A stretch of DNA of 64,000 nucleotides, taken from Antedon mediterranea (Eukaryota; Animalia; Echinodermata). Below, in pieces: positions 54,238-64,000 of the stretch. Both the position numbers and the translations under genes were made by a program. The number at the start of each line of letters is the position of its first letter. The stretch's first letter is position 1. The DNA lies in NCBI RefSeq assembly GCF_964355755.1, contig NC_092674.1, positions 11,098,001-11,162,000 of the forward strand, read 5' to 3'. The notes under the pieces are model-generated. The model did no database searches, was not told the DNA's origin, and saw nothing but the letters and a program-made list of their open reading frames with translations.

Positions 54238-57154
54238 CCTTCATGCACTAGGATCCAACATTCTCTACTGTAGTCTACCTCAAACAAAACATAAAGATAA
54301 GAATAAGAAGCAGACAATTGAAAAATATTATTTTATATGGAACATATATTAAATAATAATGATAATAATAAATAAAAATAATAATAAGCCACAGCCAAAA
54401 TGGTTCAAATCATCATAAAACAATCTTTTATTAGAAATTGTTGATAAATTTGTGCTAACAATTTTATTTAAAATAATTTTTATTTCTGGGTGGGTGACAA
54501 ATGGTAGATAGAATGCTACAGTTAGGCATCAGGCACCATCTTTTGTTCCCTGGAACATGAATTGCAAACGCAATATAGACAATATAATGAATGATTTTAT
54601 CCTACTATTTGCACATATGATACCATAAATTCATATCTATAATTGTGTAGAAATATATGCCATTTCATTTCCAGTGTTTTCTTTTTCTAAATAAGGTAGC
54701 ACACATAAAAGATTTGGAAGCAGAGATTTGATTGGTGCAAAGCATTTTTGTATTATAACTTAATATTAACACTGTGTGGTTAAGAAAGGAATTTCAATAA
54801 CAAACAATATTATAGGATTTGACACTTTAAAAACCTAAACTTAAGTTTAATTTATGATTATATATGTTTTTTTTGTGCTTTATCAATGCTACGATTATAA
54901 TATGTATGACAGTGATTTACTTTGTGAACTTCTTTGCAAGCGCAACTTTCTTGTGCAATCATTTTTCACTTTTTAAACTTCAAAAAGCGCCACGAGTCTG
55001 TTATAGAAATGTTTTTTAACATACGTTTAAGATTTGGCGAAGTTTTTAAACATAAAATTTGTTTTTTTTATGTTTTATATTTATGGTAGCATATGGCAAT
55101 AGTAGTCCACAGCTGTTGAGAAAATAATACATGTGAACAACTATATACATATCTAATTAACCAGTAAATATAAATAATAAAATAATTGGTATTAAATTGT
55201 TTATAAACAAATAAAATATATTTATATTTAGTTTTAAGTATATTTTAAATTGATGTTGAAATTCAACCTAGTGAAAATCTGGTAACAAGTTTTAATTTGT
55301 GGCGTTAATGTAATTATCACTTTTTTGGAGGTCCGATGTCAATTAAGAAAATTTTTTCTTTTATCAGCTTTTCAAAAGAGCACCAGTGACTACTTCAACA
55401 TCAATTTGAAATTACTCACTTTTAAAAATATATATTTATAATAGTCGAGATAATGATTTAATCCAAATTGAAAAAAAAAAGTAATAAAAATATTGAAATC
55501 TAATCCAATTTATGATACAATGGCTCTCTTCAACAACAGCTCACTCATTCCATCTTCAAAATAAAGTAGCTATACCTAAATTTTTTTTCCCCAAAAATTA
55601 ACAGTAAATTTTTTAACTTTGAGAAACTAATTAGAAGGTCTTTAATTGAAAACAATTTCTAATTGGAGGTAGTTTTAATTGGAGAGGGTACTAATAAAAA
55701 CAGGTTTAATTTGGAGGGTATTTAATTATAGGGGTCTTTAATTTGAAAGGATTTAAAATTAAAAGGATATTTAATTGGAGGGGTTACTAATACAGTTTTA
55801 ATTTCTACAATTGGATAAATAGTATCAATAAGAGGTCAATAAGAGGTCAAAATATGGTACAAAAAATAAACACTCAAAATAAATAAATATTTATTTATCT
55901 ACACCATCTTTTCCCACAAACATCATCCACAAATCAAATCTGTATAGTGACATATTGATACTAAATAAAAACATAACAAAAATTAAATAGATATAATTTC
56001 ATTCTAATAATTTATAAATTTCTGTTGCTTATCATTTTAAAAGAAGCTTTGATTTGAATTTACATGTACATATACTTTATCACAAAAAGATATAAAAAGA
56101 TAAATACACAAAAAAAAAAAAAGAAAATCAAAAACATTTCTGGGGACGGGATGTTACAGTTAACATTGATAATTGACTGAGATAAAATGTTATGAAAGAA
56201 TGAGATATTTGTTGAGAATACTCGCAGTACATAAAAAAAAATCAACAAAAACATTCAAACATAAATTGTCAAGAATAAAAAGAATATATGTACACATTTT
56301 ACTTTTAACAATAATAACTGCAAAACCATATGACACAATGTATATATGAATAAACTTTGGAAACTCAAATTTCTTAAATGATGTATTTTATTAGCAATGA
56401 TACATATCGAGTACTTTCAACAAAATGGTATGTGATTCCAAAAAAAAAAGATAAGAATTTGTCTTAAGTGTACAATGTAAAGATGCAGTTCGTTGGTTGA
56501 AATGTAAACATTATGTTTGTGTTCAAAACTAAGATGCAACCTGGTGTTAAGCAAAGAATGCACAAGAAAAAACAAAAATTCAAGGCAAATTAAATTCATA
56601 ACCTAAATGGGAATGTTTTAAACGTTTGTTATAACGACAAGAACTGCTAAAAGGTGATTTTTTCCCCAAATTCACTATTTTAAGTGGGTTTTTAGCATGC
56701 ATGTAGAATAAGCATTTTCACGACTTGCAAAAGCTTTGGGGCTTAAGTCATTCTGTATGCTGGTAAGCGTCTGCTATATTAAAAACCTAAATTTATACAT
56801 AATTCTTAATTTAGTGTATTTATCCTTTACAACAACATTTTGTAGTATAATTTGTAGCGGCACATGCTTTGCATTGAAATAGCAGTTCAAGGAATTGGAC
56901 GTCATAAATAAACATATTATATAATAAATATTGTTAGGCAAAAATGTCAACCTTCCTTCTACAACCCCATTGATATCATTTAGATAACATGATGTAAAAT
57001 TAAATAATTTTTTGGAAGCAAAAAAAACCTTATTTTAAGAATAAATTGTATGAATTGGTATATAATGAATAGATTTAGTATGTATGTGAAAATATTAATA
57101 ACAGCATATGTTCGGAATGTGCAAAAAAACAAGCAAATGACTAACATGACTTAC

Positions 57155-57406
57155 AATCGTGGCAGCAGCAGTGAGGGCGGTGTTTGCCTGCGTGATGTGT
57201 TGCTGGGCCGATTTGATTCTCACTTGAAGATGAGGGGGTGGATGGTAATACCTGCATTTATCCCTCGAGCATCTTCCTTTGATGTAGTCCATACAGACAG
57301 TGGCAGTGTTGTCCGTAGAGTCTATCGTCACCTCTTCCCCGGGGTGTGCAAATTTGCATTCGTTCTCCCCCCGGGAGCAGACTCCTCTTTGAAACTCTCG
57401 ACACAC
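57155..57406 (-). CDS. mbnl: Muscleblind-like exon, CCCH fingers 3 and 4
   Basis: [22 protein letters not shown]...[32 protein letters not shown]; TTAG|...|GTAAGT, phase 0-0. Confidence 0.97.
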
Positions 57407-59091
57407 CTAATCAGGAAGGGAGTAGGGAATTTACAGCAAGAAGCTCAAAAGGACACTCTATAAATCTTTAATAGTTTGTCATTCACAAAGAAAAGTATAG
57501 TCATGCAATTTTGATCATTTCGTTCCAAATAAATACAAAAACCATGCAATTTTTAATCCACCACAATTTTTTATCGACCAAAAATGTCAAAATAAAGTCA
57601 CATAATTTGCTTCCTTTTTTAAAGATAAACTTTCAAGAATTTAAACTAACATTTTTTCTCTCTTTCCTTAAACTGTTCTAGACTTGTTTATGGAGTGTCC
57701 TTCAAAAATATTATATGCTTTAAGAGGAAAAGAATAAGCAAGCAGAGCAAACAAAAAGAAAAACCACTAACAAAATTGTATAACTCCAATACATCAAATA
57801 TACCTTCCCTTGGAAACCAGAATTTGTTATTTAATTGTTTCCTATTGTTTTCAACTTAATTTGATAGGTATATATATGCATACAGTTTTGTTTTCCTTTA
57901 AATGTCTTTTCCTTTAAAGGTGTTTTATGGTCATATTGGCAAGAAAATCCTTCCTCTTCTCCGACTTATAATTAATATTCTATTAATTTATTCAACTGTT
58001 CTGTTCATGATTTTATTAATTTTGAAGTCCAAAATTAAATTAATTAAATTTATTTTTGTTTATAAGTTATTACAGTAAAGAACTGAACAATGCTGAAGGT
58101 GAAAAAAAAGAGACAAAAAAAGCTCAAAAAAATTGCCAGAATTAAGCAAAAGGGAATGGTGTGAAATTGCAGCAAAAAATTGGGAGAGCAGGATGCATTC
58201 TCTGGCTAAATATTATCAGACAAAAAAAAACAGAATTGCAGAGGGATAAGAAGCATGTGCTGGTTGCCATGGTGATGATTCATTGATTGGTTACCATGGA
58301 TGTTTGTTACAATGGTAATGTCCCTACTAAAAGGTTTGTTTTTAATGAAAATGTGATGATATGAAATAAAAAATATTGTGGGTTGTCTAAACTTCCACAA
58401 TAATAATTTAATTTTTGAGAAGTGATTTGAATTAAAAAACATAAATAACAACAAACATAGTAAAACATTAACCTGTGTAAAGTATATGTACATGTATGTA
58501 TCTGTGATGTCACCAAGGTAAATTATTACAAATACACAACTTAACATTTACATATTCAATCTCCAACAGCAAACATGCATAATTTTCAAATCAAAATTCA
58601 ACAAAAAATTGGAATCAACATTATAAACAAACATTGAGCAAAAAAAAAAAAAAAAAAAAAAAAAAAGTCAACAAAATAAAATAATAAAACAATAAAATAA
58701 AAAAAAACTACTATTGTAGATGATAAAATAAACATTTTCAGTAACAAACACATACATTAAAATAAACAAGCACACAAATAAATAAATATAATTTTGGACT
58801 AAATAATAGTTTAATAAAAACAAAATAAAACAAAGATAATATATATTTGTTTACAAATATATAATATATCAACATGAAATGCACTACTAAATACATATTT
58901 CATTCCTTGTTTAGAGCTGAAGATAAAAAAACAATTCAAACATTAAACAATTTAATGAAATAATATATAAATATCAATAAAATATCTATAAATTATGAGC
59001 AAATGAAATATAACATTTCCCACATATAACACAGATAAACAATAAACAATTCCCTTAAAAACATTTTAGTAACGAAGGAGTCAACACTTAC

Positions 59092-59298
59092 CTCGAGCCG
59101 GTCATTCTTTGGTTTGGGAGAAAAGGCAAACGGATAGGGAGAGTGAAATACATGTGGATGGTTAGGCTGGATTGGAACTTCCGCATACCCTGGTTGGGAT
59201 GGTGTATTCATAATCGGGGACGTTAAAAACTGACTGTAAGGATATGTAGCAGGCACTTGTGCTGTCCCCACTGACATATTGTTTGCGTATTGTGGAGC
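59092..59298 (-). CDS. mbnl: Muscleblind-like linker exon preceding finger 3 (more 5' exons expected beyond the window)
   Basis: AACAG|APQYANN...SPKPKNDRLE|GTAAGT; DRLE-VCRE is the MBNL ZnF3 junction. Confidence 0.93.
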
Positions 59299-62200
59299 CT
59301 GTTAAAATAATAAAAAAATAACATATTATAACTTGGAGGCAAGATACTGTTTGGTTATTATTTGGTTATAATATTACAAAGCTACAATCAATTAAACTGA
59401 ATTGGTTTTGGTAAAATATAGCAAATGCATCTTTATTTAAAAATATTTTCCTTTAACTGAAACTAAAAAAATCTCAAAGAATAACCTATTCAAAATAGAG
59501 GGCGACATTTATAAAGTTTCATATAATTTGTGCTTACATTAAAAGCTTTATATACTTAAAAAGGATATCGTGTTGAACACCATGAGAAATGAAATTGTAA
59601 TGTTTATTCAGTTTCTATTAACACACTAAAGTGTCTATGTTTCTCAAATATTTTAACAAGCAATGTAATATATGTTACATGGAAATATCTCGTCGGCATT
59701 TTAAATCAATGTCATTTTTCATAAAAGTAATAATCATAACGAAAAAAACGGAATGACAAAAGTCAATATCCATCATGTAACTAGAATTAGACCAACTAAA
59801 TAATATGTAAAATTATTGAATATTGATCAGATTTGGAATTCACTCTTGATGTTGTGTCCTTAATAGAGAAATGCTTATTAACAGATTGATGTTTAGATTT
59901 TAAAAGACCTAAAACGAATGTTGTCGGTACTTATCATGCTTCCTCTACGACATAAATTAGCATGTAGGAATTTTGTTGATGGTATTACAAACTGTACTAG
60001 TTTATGTTGGGTGGAGGTAGCCAAGTGTTATTATTTATGTGCAAACCTCTCAAAATACCATAGACTCATCACAGCCTATGTTTTTAATAATATAAGCACA
60101 AAGAATAAAAAATGATTTTGAAATGGAAAACAAATTTTATTGTATTCCCCACAAAAATGCCATGTTAATCCAACGGGTTGTTAAGCCTTTTTAGAGTGTT
60201 ATAAACAATTACCAATATCAGACTTATTAAATCACACCATACCTAACGGTGAATAATTTTTGCAGATCAATTATTGTGACAACGCTTCGTGAGTAAGCCT
60301 CTGTCGCGTGGCGCACTGTCAGCAGTAATAAGCAATCTTTTAGTCGCATATCAATTAAAACTGACTTTTTAAAAAGTTATTTTTTTGTAAACTTAGTAGT
60401 AAAACTTGTGAGGTTGAATTATCACTAATTTTGCTTGCTCGTTAATGTTAGATATACTAGCGAAGGTTTCTCATTAAAAGTGTCGGATAAAATAATATGC
60501 GAGACACGTATAAAATAACCTCAGGGATACTTTTATGTTGGAATACTTGCAAAATGCAAAGAGGGATATCAAATGATGAATGCTTGTTTTCTATGTTATT
60601 ATACCGGATTATATTATTTATTGATATTATCAAAGCTTACTATGCAGTATTTGCATTTTGCAATTTTTCTAAATATCATAAAGTTTATAATAAATTGTAT
60701 TCAACTTTATAAATACACTACATTTTAAATGTTACATTTAGGTGCATTCACCAGAATGTGTGAATTTTAGTTTTCCGAAAATATATTAATAAAATAAATC
60801 ATCTATTTATATTTTATGCCCATACACAAAATAAAAAATTGATAATAAAGAATTCTACAGCATAAAAAAAAATATCACAATAACGTCTGCAGGTAACAAA
60901 TAAATAATTTCTAAATATATACTGTGAATTTATTGTTCCATATTTATAGATATGCTATAAACAAATAGCTGTTTTGTAGACTTACAGAAATTGGAACAGA
61001 ATTAGTAGTTAAGAGAAATGCAAATAGGTCACGGATCATAAAAAGGTAAAGATGAATGATGAGGGTAATAAGAGGGATAATAAAGATAATTAGAAACGAA
61101 GGAGACACAGTATAAACACAAAAAAAGATCTGTCAAGAATGTCAGGGAATTTCCTCTAATTAAAGACCACTCCAGTTAAAGAAACTGAGACACTTAAGAT
61201 AAATGAAGATCCAAGACCAAGATTAAAGACCCGGTCATACTGATGAATTAAAAGTCCAACCCAAGACAAGATAAATGAAATTAGAGTTTTTCTCTAATAA
61301 AAGACCACTCAGATAAAGAAACCTCAAACTGAAACATTTAAGCCAGGGTCTTCCCTCTAATTAAAAACCATTAAATTTTTCTTTTTTTCTAATATTAGAA
61401 AAGCACTATAAATGATGAGGTATTGTACCAAACTATTTTGAATTAAACAAAATGGAGAAAAATAAATAACAAAACATTAGATGCAATTCAGACAATGAAG
61501 ATGTTAAGTTATCTTAAGCTATGAAGCTTTTGTTAAACGAGATATGATGATAATGAAGCGTGGAGATGAGGAATAAAACAGAGCTGGAAAATACAATTAA
61601 TGCAGAAAATAGTTAGGTCACACGATCTTCATAATAACTTGTTGTAATAGACGGATGCATTGCAAATGAGAGTCTTTCCATATAGATACAGACACAGTAA
61701 ATTCTTTTACAAGTAAATCTTAATCAGTATTTGACATAAAATGATAGTTTAGCTTACAATGCATGTTCCTATCTCTAAATACTTAATATATATTCCAAGG
61801 CCTTTTAACTCTAAGAACCTATATCATAAATCAGTAATAATTTGTTCACTGCCTTTTAGCTTTCTTGATGCAGAGATCTATAAAAACTCCCCTGATGCTC
61901 TTATATAGCACATCCCTATTTCTGTCGCACAGCAACCCTCAAAGATAAATTACCTGAAGTTCACAAACCAATTTTCTGTCAAAATAACGAGTGATAATTA
62001 CAACAAGGCTATAATTTAAAAATTTAAATAACAGAAAAAGGCAATAAATATGGATTGATGCAAGAATGAAAGAGTAGGGTGTCAGGGGTGAAAATACTAC
62101 AACAAATGAAAGATGAAAGCAGCAAATACAAGTGCCAAAAATGTCATTAAATATTAATGTAATATTTAGTTATAATCAAAAGTGAAGGCTAGGTTGAACT

Positions 62201-64000
62201 CCTATGATAGGTACAAAATAGGCTCTTTATTTAAAACTAAGTTTTAAGGTAATTAATAACAAATTTGCCTATTACTACATTAAGATTGTAAGAGCTGAGG
62301 CATTTGCAAAAATTGCTGCTATGGTTTTTTTTGTTTACACATTTTTGTACCCAACTCGCCATGTTTAGGACGTCATCACAATTCACCATTGCCCTATATT
62401 GGACTTCCAATTGCTGCACCTAAACTCTAAATCCAGTAAAAACTTGGTGCCGGTATCTGTCCCGATTTTTATAAATTGTATTTCCACATGCCTCAGATTG
62501 CACCTTCCCATCCCCAAACCAACCAAACCCTTTTTACAATTGAATTACTATTATTATTTTTAACAAACGCTAATTATTTAATCTTTTTATTTCATCTGAA
62601 AAATAATGACTTTTGGGATCTATAAGACTTCCTAAAATATAATTATAACAATCTTATAGTGTTTTTTGTTTTTTTGGCCAACAATTGTTTATTTGGCAAT
62701 ATGTAAAGGAACCAATTATTAAGTACAGCAGTAAACAGCATTGGCATGATTTAAAATTTGTATAGTTTCATTTTATAAACCAACTTTGACCTTTGACAAG
62801 TGTTAGAGATTGAAAATTTATGAGTACAAGAATTACATTAAGAAAAAAAAAACAGATCACAGATAGATCTTAATGGCTACTCGCTTCCAACGGTAAAGGA
62901 TTTGACATTGGAAAAAATAAACTACAGACATTTCAATTGCATTTTTGCTTTGCATAATATCGTGACAATTATGCAGACTGGAAACGCAGTGTTGAGAAAT
63001 CAAAAGTGGATTGCTATAAAATAAGCCGCGTAAACATTTGCGGAATCACTGACAAGGGGAAATAAATTTATTATTCTAAATTGTATATTTAGCAGGAATA
63101 GTAATGATTTAATAAATAGTTCTGCGCGCTGTTAATTATACAGCAAAACTTGCGGCTAAAGCTTACGGATTACATATCTTTACATCAATCATGATGCTCA
63201 GATGAAACATCACGGTTTTGGTTGTTAATGAAGGGTTGAATATTAAAGCAAAATCTATGGTAAGTTCAAGCTGAGCCGTGGGCAGTACTCTCCTCTAATT
63301 TACAACACATTAAAGACAATTTTTGTCTACTTCATATCTATAAGTAACATCTTTTGATAATTTATGTATGGTATATAAAGGATTAAAGATGGCAGGCTGT
63401 AACGGCACTCTAAGATGGTAACAGAGAATGACGTTTAGGGTTAAAAGGACATTAAAAGTAGGGTTAGGTGTTAAGCAAAATAAAAACTGATATAAGTAGA
63501 CACGAAGAAAACATGATGTACTTGAATATAACATTCAAGGCATCTTGGTAACTAGGACACATTTTAAGAACGACACATAGTTTAAAACATTGCGGCAACC
63601 TATATCAGTGCTAACAGAATGTAATTTAAATGATTAAGAAACTCAGTGGACTGAAAACGTTTTATGACATTTAGTCTTGTTTTCATTCCGATATATAAAC
63701 AGATTTTTGTTTAACAATGAATGAAGAATGTCATTATATTGCACTACAAGAAATTGCTTGTTTCTGTATTATTAATTTATACAGCCAAGTGTATTTTCAA
63801 TTCTAGAGGGAATCATTTTGAATATATCGAAGGCCTTATGAAATTATCCCATTGGCACTAAAACATTATCCACTGTCTTGGTGTTTGATGGCCTTTAAAT
63901 CATTCTCAGTTTATTGAATGTAGTTTGACCTGTAAAATTGAACAACATTAAAATGCAAAAAAATGAAACCTGTGTGATTTTAATTCATTTATTTAAAAAT

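Noticed and set aside
62351-62419. 69-nt phase-0 candidate mbnl exon (VQQLEVQYRAMVNCDDVLNMASW)
   Set aside because: Weak donor (GTACAA) and no similarity to MBNL; cannot support without RNA data

Overview
AT-rich eukaryotic (invertebrate animal; a deuterostome such as an echinoderm is my guess) genomic DNA in four blocks. (1) 1-18.5 kb: the end of a replication-dependent histone cluster, all on +, order H4-H3-H2B-H2A-H1-H4(frameshifted)-H3-H2B-H2A. Every gene has the GGCTCTTTTCAGAGCC stem-loop, and an inverted 87-bp piece of H4 sits at a duplication junction. (2) 18.5-28 kb: nested transposons (Academ-like fossil, IS3EU-like foldback, L2/CR1-group LINE inserted in a MITE). (3) 28-38 kb: an MS4A/CD20-like pseudogene, a Penelope fragment with a hammerhead ribozyme, and a Helentron-type tandem array. 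(4) 43-64 kb: the 3' part of a muscleblind (MBNL) gene on the - strand. Most notable: this MBNL appears to have a third CCCH zinc-finger pair whose last finger is encoded by either of two duplicated alternative terminal exons, and its NLS-like exon has a long AG-free, YGCY-rich 3' splice region like the autoregulated vertebrate MBNL1 exon. An intronic repeat carries a full tRNA cloverleaf with an unusual ATC anticodon. All calls are by eye; no searches were run.
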